Shown here piece by piece: positions 26,156 through 34,401 of a DNA stretch of 64,000 bases. The position numbers and the translations under genes are program-made. The stretch covers positions 5,546 to 69,545 of the forward strand of contig JBGPFE010000017.1 of NCBI GenBank assembly GCA_041483135.1, given 5' to 3'. The notes below the pieces were generated by a model. It was not told where the DNA came from. It searched no databases and saw only the letters and a list, made by a program, of their open reading frames with translations. The stretch is from Gammaproteobacteria bacterium. Its GTDB lineage: Bacteria > Pseudomonadota > Gammaproteobacteria > Burkholderiales > SG8-41. Numbering within the stretch: the stretch's first letter is position 1; each line of letters begins with the position of its first letter.

Positions 26156-27760
26156 ATGAGCCTCGGCGAGTGGCTCACGGCGCTGCTGCGTCGCGTTGGC
26201 GCGGGCCGACAGCCTGCTCCGGCTGCCGTCGAGGCGTTGCCGGTATTGCTGCCGGACGAAGAAAAAGACCGCACCGCGAGCGCCGCTTTTGATGCGGGTA
26301 AAGCGGCGTTCCGGGCCAAAGACTATGCCACGGCGATCGATTGCTTCAAAACGGTGATCGAGCTGCGGTACGACGATGCGGATGCCCACAATTATCTTGG
26401 CCTAAGCCATCTTGAGCAGGGCGCCCATGAAGACGCCGCCGACTGTTTTTTGCTCGCGATCCATTACCGCCCGCAGTTTCCGCAAGCGTTCTATAACATG
26501 GCGCTGGCCGCGCACCGGCGCGGGGATCTTGCGCAAGCTGTTACCTGCCTCGAACAGGCAATCAGTCTGAAACCGGATTTTGCCGGCGCCTACAGCACCC
26601 TTGGCTACTTACTGAGCCACCAACTCGGTGACTTTGCACGCGGCGCCGAGCACATCAGGACGGCGTTGCGGCTGAGCCCGACCGATCCCGATGTGCTTTG
26701 CAACTACGGCATGGTGCTCACGCAGGAAGGACGGCCGGAGGAAGCGCTCGCGATTTGCGACCAGCTTCTTGCCGCCCATCCGGATATGCACGAGGCGCGC
26801 CTGAACCGCGCGCTGGCCGCGCTCAAGCTGGGTCGTTTTGCCGAGGCGTGGCCCGATTACGAGGCGCGCAAGCTTGCGCGCGGCAATTACATGCCCCGCG
26901 CGCTGCCGCTTCCAGAGTGGCGGGGGCAGCTGCTGCGCGACAAAAAGCTGCTGGTTTATGCCGAACAGGGTCTCGGCGACCAGATCATGTTCGCTTCCTG
27001 CCTGCCCGACTTGCTGCCGCAGGTTGGCGGTTGCGTGGTGGAGTGCACGCCGCCGCTGGTGCCGATTTTCAGGCGCTCCTTCCCGACCGCGCGGATAGAG
27101 TCCCAGGCGCAAGGTGATGCCAGACTGGCCAGCCTGGTGCAATCCGCGCGCTTTGATTATCAAGTTGCGATCGGCAGCCTGGCCGGATATTTCCGCAGGG
27201 ACCGGGCCGAGTTTCCGCTGCACGCGGGCTACCTGCATGCGGATGCTGCGCGGGTTGCTTACTGGCAAGATCGCCTGAGCGCATTGGGCCCGGGCCTGAA
27301 AGTCGGAATCTCGTGGTTCGGCGGGGCAGCCTCAACCCGTCGCGATACCCGCTCGATGCACTTGCAGGATTGGCTGCCGCTGCTGGCGCAACCCGCGTGT
27401 TGTTTTGTCAGCGTGCAATACGGCAAAGTGAATAGTGAGCTGGCAACGTTGTCACGCGCGCACCGGGTTAAAATTCACGCATGGGGTGAAGCAATTGACG
27501 ACTACGACGAAACGGCGGCGCTGGTGACGGCGCTCGATCTGGTGATCTCGGTTCAAACTGCGATCGTGCATCTGGCGGGGGCGCTCGGCAAACCCGCCTG
27601 GGTCATGCTGCCGGCGGCGTCCGAATGGCGTTATCTGGAGCGCGGCGATACGATGCCATGGTATCCGAGCGTGCGTCTGCTGCGCCAGCCGCGACTCGGC
27701 GACTGGCAACCGGTCATCGCACGCGTCGCGCAGGACCTCGCACAATACGCAAGGCGCTAA
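26156..27760 (+). CDS. TPR + GT9-like glycosyltransferase, paralog 5
   Basis: LLVYAEQGLGDQIMFASCLPDL, VGISWFGG, MPWYPSVRLLRQ. Confidence 0.8.
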   Translation: MSLGEWLTALLRRVGAGRQPAPAAVEALPVLLPDEEKDRTASAAFDAGKAAFRAKDYATAIDCFKTVIELRYDDADAHNYLGLSHLEQGAHEDAADCFLLAIHYRPQFPQAFYNMALAAHRRGDLAQAVTCLEQAISLKPDFAGAYSTLGYLLSHQLGDFARGAEHIRTALRLSPTDPDVLCNYGMVLTQEGRPEEALAICDQLLAAHPDMHEARLNRALAALKLGRFAEAWPDYEARKLARGNYMPRALPLPEWRGQLLRDKKLLVYAEQGLGDQIMFASCLPDLLPQVGGCVVECTPPLVPIFRRSFPTARIESQAQGDARLASLVQSARFDYQVAIGSLAGYFRRDRAEFPLHAGYLHADAARVAYWQDRLSALGPGLKVGISWFGGAASTRRDTRSMHLQDWLPLLAQPACCFVSVQYGKVNSELATLSRAHRVKIHAWGEAIDDYDETAALVTALDLVISVQTAIVHLAGALGKPAWVMLPAASEWRYLERGDTMPWYPSVRLLRQPRLGDWQPVIARVAQDLAQYARR

Positions 27761-27762
27761 GC

Positions 27763-29322
27763 GTGCTCTGGACAGTCATAAAGCGCATCACCCGCGAAGC
27801 ATTGCGCGCCCCGGATGGAGACTTGCGTGATGGCGCGTTAAAAGCGGGTATCGCATGTTTGAATGCCGGTAAGCTTGATGACGCGCGACGGCATTTCAGT
27901 GAGGCGCTTGCCGCGGCGCCCGGGAATTTCGATGCATTATTCCATCTGGGGTTGACCGAAGCGCGTAGCGGGCACCTGGATGCCGCGCAGCAGTTGCTGG
28001 AAGCGGCGCGCGCGCGGCGTGACGACGCGGGCGTGCACAACGCGCTCGGCAATATCCATCGCTTGCGCGGGCAGTTGGATGCGGCGGTGGCGGGCTACCG
28101 ACGGGCATTAGAATTGGACGGCGAGCATATCGCCGCTCTCGTGAATCTCGGTCTCTCGTTGCGCGATCAGGGTGATCCTGAACAGGCGCTGCCCATTCTC
28201 GAGCACGCGCTGCGGCTTGCGCCTGATCATGTTGACGCGCTATTCAACACGGCGCTTGCATCGATCGATACCGGCGCGAGCGAAGCCGCCTACGTCCTGC
28301 TCGGACGGGTGCTCGAGCTCGATGCAGATCATGCCGAAGCTCACACGCAGCGCGGATTTCTGCTTCTCAGGCGCGGCGATTTCGCCGCAGGGTGGCGCGA
28401 ATATGCGTGGCGTATGCGCGCCCCTGACTGGGGCGCCCAAGCGCAATACTCGTATCCGCATTGGCAGGGTGAGTCATTGTCCGGGAAAAGCGTGTTGGTG
28501 AGGGCGGAGCAGGGATTAGGCGATCAGATCATGTTCGCGTCATGTCTGCCGGAGGTGCTGTCTCAAGCGCGGCATACTGTTATCGAATGTGACCCGCGGC
28601 TTGCCGGATTGTTCGCGCGATCCTTCCCTGCCGCCGCAGTTTACCGCTATCGCGTGAGCGGCGAGCCCGACTGGCTGCCGGAACAGGCACCGGATTTCCA
28701 GGTCCATGGCGGCAGCCTGCCGGGCGTTCTGCGTAATCGCACCGCAGACTTTCCGCGTCACAGGGGTTACCTCGTGCCCGATCCTGCGCGCGTTGCCGCA
28801 TGGCGTGCACGGCTTGCCGCACTCGGCCCCGGACTCAATATCGGCATCGCCTGGCGCGGCGGCACACCGCGCACGCGCCAGGCGGCGCGCTCGCTTACGC
28901 TCGATACGCTGTTGCCTATCCTGTCGCTGCCGCAAGCGAATTTCGTATCGCTGCAATACGATCCGAGCAGCGATGAGATCACAACTCAACGCGTGCGCCA
29001 CGGCGTCACGATCCACGAATGGCCGCAGAAAATTGCCGATATGGACGAAACGGCGGCGTTGGTCGCGAGCCTGGATCTCGTGATCACGGTGTGCACGACG
29101 GTTGCCCATATGAGCGGCGCGCTTGCTAAAACAGCATGGGTTATGGTACCTGTGGTCGCGGAATGGCGTTATCTCGAGCGCGGCGTGACGATACCGTGGT
29201 ATCCGGCGCTGCGTCTGTTCCGCCAGCAGCGGCGCGGTGAGTGGAGCGACGTGATAGCGGCAGTGCACGCGGAGCTGCAAGATTGGGCCGGCACGCCCGG
29301 CGCCAGGACGCGAGACGCGTAG
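27763..29322 (+). CDS. TPR + GT9-like glycosyltransferase, paralog 6
   Basis: GTG start 2 bp after the upstream stop (VLWTVIKRITRE). VLVRAEQGLGDQIMFASCLPEV, IGIAWRGG, IPWYPALRLFRQ. Confidence 0.75.
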   Translation: MLWTVIKRITREALRAPDGDLRDGALKAGIACLNAGKLDDARRHFSEALAAAPGNFDALFHLGLTEARSGHLDAAQQLLEAARARRDDAGVHNALGNIHRLRGQLDAAVAGYRRALELDGEHIAALVNLGLSLRDQGDPEQALPILEHALRLAPDHVDALFNTALASIDTGASEAAYVLLGRVLELDADHAEAHTQRGFLLLRRGDFAAGWREYAWRMRAPDWGAQAQYSYPHWQGESLSGKSVLVRAEQGLGDQIMFASCLPEVLSQARHTVIECDPRLAGLFARSFPAAAVYRYRVSGEPDWLPEQAPDFQVHGGSLPGVLRNRTADFPRHRGYLVPDPARVAAWRARLAALGPGLNIGIAWRGGTPRTRQAARSLTLDTLLPILSLPQANFVSLQYDPSSDEITTQRVRHGVTIHEWPQKIADMDETAALVASLDLVITVCTTVAHMSGALAKTAWVMVPVVAEWRYLERGVTIPWYPALRLFRQQRRGEWSDVIAAVHAELQDWAGTPGARTRDA

Positions 29323-29368
29323 TGATCAGGTCAGGCATTCGCGTGCCGATTCATGTACGAGGGGGCAC

Positions 29369-30142
29369 ATGCTGAAAAGTCTGCTGCAGCAGGTATGGAA
29401 TAGTATGCGCGGGGCGGGCGCGGCTGGTCCGGCGCCGGGCGCGAATGTGCAGCAGACTCCCCGCGAGGCGCAGGAAGCGTTACTTGCGTTGCTGCGCGCA
29501 CCGATGCCGCATCCCAAGCGTATCGACTATGAGATGGTCGCATGGCTGCTGGCGTCGTCGAGCTCGGCGGAGTATCTGATACAGCGAATGATGAGCGCGG
29601 AAAACTTCGTGCATGCCGGCCCGCTGCTCGATTTTGCTCTTGAGCGGTGCACGCTGGACGGCTTGATCATGGAGTTCGGCGTTTTTCGAGGCGCGTCGCT
29701 GCGCGCGATCGCACGACGCGTTACGCAGGAGGTCCACGGTTTCGATTCGTTCGAAGGCCTGCCGCGGGACTGGACTTATTTCCAGAAGCAGGGAAGATTT
29801 TCGCTGCAAGGACAGGCGCCACAATTCGAGGAAGCCAACATCCGCGTGCATCAAGGATGGTTCGACCAGACGTTGCCGCCATTTTTAGCGCAGCATCCGG
29901 GGCCGGCGCGTTTTATTCATATCGATTGCGACATTTACGCCTCTACTCGCACGGTGCTGGAGTTGCTCAAACCGCGCATCGTCAGCGGCACGGTGATCGT
30001 ATTCGACGAATATCTAAATTATCCGGGATGGCAACAACACGAGTACAGGGCGTTCCAGGAGTTTGTGGCACAGGCCGGGATAGCCTATCGCTACATCGGC
30101 TTTGCTTCTTCGGACTACGCGGTGGCGGTCCAAGTGGCATGA
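29369..30142 (+). CDS. TylF/MycF-type (macrocin-O-methyltransferase-like) SAM methyltransferase
   Basis: MEFGVFRGASLRAIA, FDSFEGLP, IHIDCDIYASTRTVLE. Confidence 0.8.
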   Translation: MLKSLLQQVWNSMRGAGAAGPAPGANVQQTPREAQEALLALLRAPMPHPKRIDYEMVAWLLASSSSAEYLIQRMMSAENFVHAGPLLDFALERCTLDGLIMEFGVFRGASLRAIARRVTQEVHGFDSFEGLPRDWTYFQKQGRFSLQGQAPQFEEANIRVHQGWFDQTLPPFLAQHPGPARFIHIDCDIYASTRTVLELLKPRIVSGTVIVFDEYLNYPGWQQHEYRAFQEFVAQAGIAYRYIGFASSDYAVAVQVA

Positions 30143-30342
30143 GTTGCGGATCACTGCCCGGCAGGTTACTGCACCTGACGCTAAACGTCAGGATTGGTCG
30201 CTTTATAGCAGGCCAGGCGATATTGCGGCGCAGCAACGCCACCGTGTCCTTTTCACATTGTGGCAAATAGTCCGGGTATCTCGTCGAGCAAGGTTAAATG
30301 GGTGATTTGCCGCAGGATGGAAAGCGCGTTAGAGCGTAAAGC

Positions 30343-30355
30343 GGCACACAGTGCC
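30343..30355. promoter_or_regulatory. Palindrome GGCAC-N3-GTGCC, possible enhancer-binding-protein site upstream of pilin gene 1
   Basis: Perfect 5-bp inverted arms (ggcacacagtgcc) about 100 bp upstream of the sigma-54 element at 30446. The distance fits a bEBP upstream activating sequence. Confidence 0.3.
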
Positions 30356-30445
30356 TGCGCCGGGTCGTTTTCAAGCCGGTGTGGCGAGTCGCATTTGTGC
30401 ATCCTGGCTATTGATAAATAAGGAGAAAACCGGGTTTCTTAAGAA

Positions 30446-30461
30446 TGGTATGGAACTTGCT
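30446..30461 (+). promoter_or_regulatory. Candidate sigma-54 promoter of pilin gene 1
   Basis: TGGTATGGAACTTGCT has GG-N10-GC spacing and fits TGGYAY-N5-TTGCW. It ends about 65 nt upstream of ATG 30527. Confidence 0.6.
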
Positions 30462-30526
30462 GCAGGTCTATGTGCAAGTTCTAAAATTGCTGTTTTTGGC
30501 GCTTGTAACTTCTTAAGGAGATTTTC

Positions 30527-30946
30527 ATGAAGCGTATACAACGGGGTTTCACCCTGATTGAATTGATGATCGTGGTGGCGATCATCGGTATTCTGGCGGC
30601 GGTCGCGCTGCCGGCGTATCAGGACTACACCATCCGTGCGAAGGTGACAGAGCTAGTGCTGGCGGCGAGTGGCTTCAAAACCACGATTGCCGAGAAATCG
30701 CAGTCCGACGGCACGCTGGCAAGTGCCGGTGTTGGCTTGACGGTAACAAGCGGCGGTCGAATCATTACTGGCAGCGTAACTACCGCAGGTTTGATTACCG
30801 TCATCGGTTCGTCTACGACGCTCGGCACCGACGTGACGATCATACTGACGCCGTCGATCAACCCCGGTGGACGTATCGCGTGGCAATGCGGAACCGGCAA
30901 TACCACATCGACGTTCAAGTATGTGCCGGCCGAATGCCGTCACTGA
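30527..30946 (+). CDS. Type IVa pilin (major-pilin type), copy 1
   Basis: Class III signal peptide MKRIQRG|[27 protein letters not shown] (G-1, F+1, E+5). C-terminal Cys pair WQCG...PAECRH. AAGGAG ribosome-binding site at 30515-30520. Confidence 0.95.
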   Translation: MKRIQRGFTLIELMIVVAIIGILAAVALPAYQDYTIRAKVTELVLAASGFKTTIAEKSQSDGTLASAGVGLTVTSGGRIITGSVTTAGLITVIGSSTTLGTDVTIILTPSINPGGRIAWQCGTGNTTSTFKYVPAECRH

Positions 30947-30990
30947 TACTTGGTTTGCGGGATCCGGTGCAGGCTGCCGGTTGAGACAGA

Positions 30991-31024
30991 CAGCCCCTCC
31001 TCGCGAGGGGCTGTTTGTTTTCTC
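30991..31024 (+). terminator. Rho-independent terminator after pilin gene 1
   Basis: CAGCCCCTC-ctcgc-GAGGGGCTG stem followed by TTTGTTTTCTC. Confidence 0.7.
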
Positions 31025-31059
31025 TTGCGTTGCATTGAGTAATTTTCAAACGATCAGGC

Positions 31060-31075
31060 TGGCACAGGCCTTGCA
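31060..31075 (+). promoter_or_regulatory. Candidate sigma-54 promoter of pilin gene 2
   Basis: TGGCACAGGCCTTGCA is a perfect TGGCAC-N5-TTGCA. It ends about 48 nt upstream of ATG 31124. Confidence 0.75.
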
Positions 31076-31123
31076 CTGACCATAATAACAACGAGTTTCT
31101 CAAACGGGGCGGGAGTGGTTGCA

Positions 31124-31543
31124 ATGAAAAGAGCGCTTAAAGGATTTACTCTCATCGAGTTGATGATCGTGGTCGCGATTATTGGCATCCTCGCGTCAGT
31201 CGCGTTACCTGTTTATACCGATTACACCATCCGCGGCAAGGTTTCAGAGCTGGTCATCGTGGCAGGCAATTTCCGCACGACTATCGCGGAAAAAACGGCT
31301 ACTGACGGGACCTTGGCGAGCGCGGGGCTCGGCCTTACCGTCACCTCCGGTGGTCGAGTTATTACCGGCAGCATTACTACCGCAGGCGTGGTAACTATCA
31401 TCGGTTCGGCAACGACGATCGGCACCGACGTGACGATCATATTGACGCCGTCTTTAAACGCCAACGGGCGTGTCGCGTGGCAATGTGGCACTGGCGCCAC
31501 TACATCGACCTATAAGTTTGTGCCTTCCGAATGCCGGCATTGA
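31124..31543 (+). CDS. Type IVa pilin, copy 2
   Basis: MKRALKG|[28 protein letters not shown]-terminal WQCG...PSECRH. Same mature length as copy 1. GGGAG ribosome-binding site 8 nt upstream. Confidence 0.95.
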   Translation: MKRALKGFTLIELMIVVAIIGILASVALPVYTDYTIRGKVSELVIVAGNFRTTIAEKTATDGTLASAGLGLTVTSGGRVITGSITTAGVVTIIGSATTIGTDVTIILTPSLNANGRVAWQCGTGATTSTYKFVPSECRH

Positions 31544-31603
31544 GCCGGCGCGTAGCCGCGTATAAACGAATTCGGATTGGCGTCTGCCATTGCGCGAAGC
31601 CGG

Positions 31604-32503
31604 TCAGCCTGCGCGTTTCACGAACGCCTGATTGTATGGCGTCAGATTTAGTTTGAGGCCGTATTCGCGGCAAAACTCTTCCAGTGCCTGACGCGCGCCC
31701 GGCCAGTCGTAGTCGTCGCTCGCAATGATGCCGCCCGTCGCAAGACGGGGATAAAAGTATTCGAAGCTCTCGAGGGTTGGATCGTAGAGATCGACATCGA
31801 CGTGCACGAACCGGTATTTGCGCTCCGGCAGCCCCTGAAACGTCAGTGGAATCCAGCCCGGGTGGAACTCGATGTCCGGAAACTCGCCGAGATTGCGCTT
31901 GACCTGCTCCAAGCCCGCGGCGAACGCACCCTGGACGCACATAGACCTGACCTGCTTGGCGCGTTCGAATCCATCCGGAACCTCGTCTTCCAGCGTCGGT
32001 GCGCTCAAGCCCTGAAAGGAATCGAAAATGCGGTATCCAGCGCCGCGATATGCTGGATCGCGCTTGTGTAAATAACTGCACATCAAGTACGACGACAGTC
32101 CCTGGTAGCATCCGCATTCGGCAACGTCTCCGTCAACCGAATGCGTTTCCGCCAGCAGTTGAGTCAGTACACGGAACCTTGCCCGTCGCTGAACCGGCCA
32201 CGGCCGTGACGTAGTGGCGCGCAGCGCCTGGAGGTAAATCGGTTCATATTCGGCCTCGTCGTTATCCGGCTGCAGGGCGACGAAATCACTGAAAGCCGCA
32301 TACGACTCTTCGAACCGCCGCTGGCGGTACAGCATTTCCATCAGCTTTTCGTGGTACGCCGCCTCGGCGGGGAAAGATTGCACGAGCCGGCGGTAGATGA
32401 ATTCTGCCTGTTGGTAGTGTTTGTTTTTCTCGTGCCCGAGAGCGGTCTTGATCGCTTCGGCAACGGGCATTCCGTTCATTGGCTTGCAGCCCCCAAAGAG
32501 CAA
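31604..32503 (-). CDS. TPR-like N-terminus fused to TylF-type SAM methyltransferase
   Basis: DVAECGCYQGLSSYLM, FDSFQGLS, VHVDVDLYDPTLESFEYF. The N-terminal ~90 aa are helical-repeat-like. Start is uncertain (Met at 32503, 32479 or 32470). Confidence 0.75.
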   Translation of the reverse strand: MLFGGCKPMNGMPVAEAIKTALGHEKNKHYQQAEFIYRRLVQSFPAEAAYHEKLMEMLYRQRRFEESYAAFSDFVALQPDNDEAEYEPIYLQALRATTSRPWPVQRRARFRVLTQLLAETHSVDGDVAECGCYQGLSSYLMCSYLHKRDPAYRGAGYRIFDSFQGLSAPTLEDEVPDGFERAKQVRSMCVQGAFAAGLEQVKRNLGEFPDIEFHPGWIPLTFQGLPERKYRFVHVDVDLYDPTLESFEYFYPRLATGGIIASDDYDWPGARQALEEFCREYGLKLNLTPYNQAFVKRAG

Positions 32504-32619
32504 ATACTTTACGTGGATCAGGCGTTATTGGCTACTCATCGCGCTGCGCTTCAATGGGCAGCCGCCGAAACACCCCGCGACCCAGGAAGTCGCTGAAAAA
32601 CCCGTACGACCCGGCGAAT

Positions 32620-34332
32620 TCAGGCCATGCCCGGATTGCCGCCGACGCCGGAGAGCTGCGGCAGATTGAGCCGGGGCGGCCGCACGACCTTCTTGCTGCG
32701 AAGATAGGCGGCAACTACTTCCCACACCGGCTGCCCGGCGACGCCCTCCGCGACCGACGCCCAGCCGGCGACCTTGTATTTCTTGCCGGCCTCGATCGGC
32801 TTGCCATGCAACGTCATATTGCCGATGCGATGGCCGATGGTTAGGGTCGGATCGCAGGCGTATTGCATGCCGCCGACGCGTACCATGTCGCCGCCCTGCT
32901 GCTGGTAGGGATCGGGATTGAACAGATTGTCGCACACGTCTTCAAGTATGGCCTTGATCGTCTCGCCGGTCATTTCGGTGAGCGTGGTGGACGGATACGT
33001 GATTGCGGTCTGGTCCATCAGGTGCTCGAGCGTGATCGCCTGATCGGGCAGTATCGTCGTGCCCCAGCGGAAGCCAGGCGAAAACGCGATCTCGGCGCCT
33101 TTCACCTCCATCAGTGCGTCGAGGATCACCTGGTCGATAGTGCCGTTGAAATTGCCGCGCCGGTAAAGCAGGCCCTCGCTGACCGCGAGTTTTTCCGCCA
33201 GTTGCTTTTCGTAGGGCGCGCGCAGCGTGCGGATCAATTGCGCCATTTCGCGGTCGGGCTCGAGCAGGTTCGAAAATACCGGCAGCAGCCGGTACTGATA
33301 CCCGGCGACCCGTTTGTTTCTGACGTCGAGGTCGAGTACCGCGAGAAACTTGCCATTACAGCCGGCGTTGGTCACCAACGTTACGCCGGCGCGGTTCTTG
33401 ACGGGTACCGGATCGGGTATCGCATCGTGGGTGTGACCGCCCAGGATGACATCGATCCCGGTGACGCGACTTGCAATCTTGAGATCGACGTCCATCCCAT
33501 TGTGCGATAGCAGGACCACGGCGTGCGCGCCTTTGGCGGCCGCCGCGTCGACCGTTTTCTGCAGATTCTCTTCCTGGATGCCGAACGTCCAATCCGGCAC
33601 CAGATAGCGCGGGTTGGCGATCGGCGTATAGGGAAACGCCTGGCCGATGATTGCGACCGGAATGCCATTGATTTCGCGCATCACCCAAGCCGTGAAAACC
33701 GGGTCGCCGAAGTCGGCGGTTTGCACGTTCTGGGCCAGGAACTCGATACGGCCTTTCAGTTGCTTGTCGACGAGTTCCCTGACGCGCCCGGCGCCGAGCG
33801 TGAATTCCCAATGGCCGGTCATGATGTCGACGCCGAGGAGCCTCGCTGCCTGCACCATGTCTTCCCCCTTGGTCCACAGCGCGGTCGCCGAGCCCTGCCA
33901 GCTGTCGCCGCCGTCGAGCAGCAGCGCGCCAGGACGTTGCGCCCGTATTTTTTTTGCCAAAGTAGCGAGGTGCGCGAAGCCGCCGACTTTACCGAAGGTG
34001 CGTGCGGCAGGCACGTAATCGAGATGGGTGAACGCATGCGCAAGGCGCGTATTGGCGCTGATCTGGTAGTGCTTGAGCAGCGCTTCGCCGACTAGGTGCG
34101 GTGGCCGGCCCGTCATGTCGCCGACACCGAGGTTGACGCTGGGCTCGCGAAAGTAACTCGGCATCAGCTGCGCGTGACAGTCGGTGAAATGCATCAATGT
34201 CACGTTGTTGCCGAACTGATGCAGATCGTAAAAGTCGTTGATGGCGGCGGCGCGCGCCGTGCCGGCAAGCGGCAATCCTGCCGCGGTGGCGACCGCCAGC
34301 GTATGCAGGAATTCACGACGCGTCATCGACAT
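32620..34332 (-). CDS. soxB: SoxB thiosulfohydrolase (dimanganese, 5'-nucleotidase family)
   Basis: Tat signal MSMTRREFLHTLAVATAAG. FTDCHAQLMPSYFREPSVNLG, GGDSWQGS, GHWEF, LLSHNGMDVD, GGHTHD. Start chosen at the Met with an upstream GGAG. Confidence 0.9.
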   Translation of the reverse strand: MSMTRREFLHTLAVATAAGLPLAGTARAAAINDFYDLHQFGNNVTLMHFTDCHAQLMPSYFREPSVNLGVGDMTGRPPHLVGEALLKHYQISANTRLAHAFTHLDYVPAARTFGKVGGFAHLATLAKKIRAQRPGALLLDGGDSWQGSATALWTKGEDMVQAARLLGVDIMTGHWEFTLGAGRVRELVDKQLKGRIEFLAQNVQTADFGDPVFTAWVMREINGIPVAIIGQAFPYTPIANPRYLVPDWTFGIQEENLQKTVDAAAAKGAHAVVLLSHNGMDVDLKIASRVTGIDVILGGHTHDAIPDPVPVKNRAGVTLVTNAGCNGKFLAVLDLDVRNKRVAGYQYRLLPVFSNLLEPDREMAQLIRTLRAPYEKQLAEKLAVSEGLLYRRGNFNGTIDQVILDALMEVKGAEIAFSPGFRWGTTILPDQAITLEHLMDQTAITYPSTTLTEMTGETIKAILEDVCDNLFNPDPYQQQGGDMVRVGGMQYACDPTLTIGHRIGNMTLHGKPIEAGKKYKVAGWASVAEGVAGQPVWEVVAAYLRSKKVVRPPRLNLPQLSGVGGNPGMA

Positions 34333-34401
34333 CGGGCTCGCTCCAAAAAACGAGGCTTGGTCTACGCCAAGCATCGTGCCAGGCCTGCTGCGGGCCCGAG
34401 G

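Noticed and set aside
5042-31543. Assigning the GAF-GspE ATPase as the dedicated assembly motor (PilB) of the two pilins
   Set aside because: The genes are 21 kb apart with unrelated genes between, and no PilC, PilD or PilMNOPQ genes are in the window. The link is limited to shared sigma-54 promoter type, so it is kept as a hypothesis and not an annotation.
9100-32619. Calling the glycosyltransferase/pilin island a mobile genomic island
   Set aside because: I saw no integrase, transposase, flanking tRNA or direct repeats at the boundaries. Only a qualitative codon-usage shift in part of it (18.6-20.6 kb) hints at horizontal origin.
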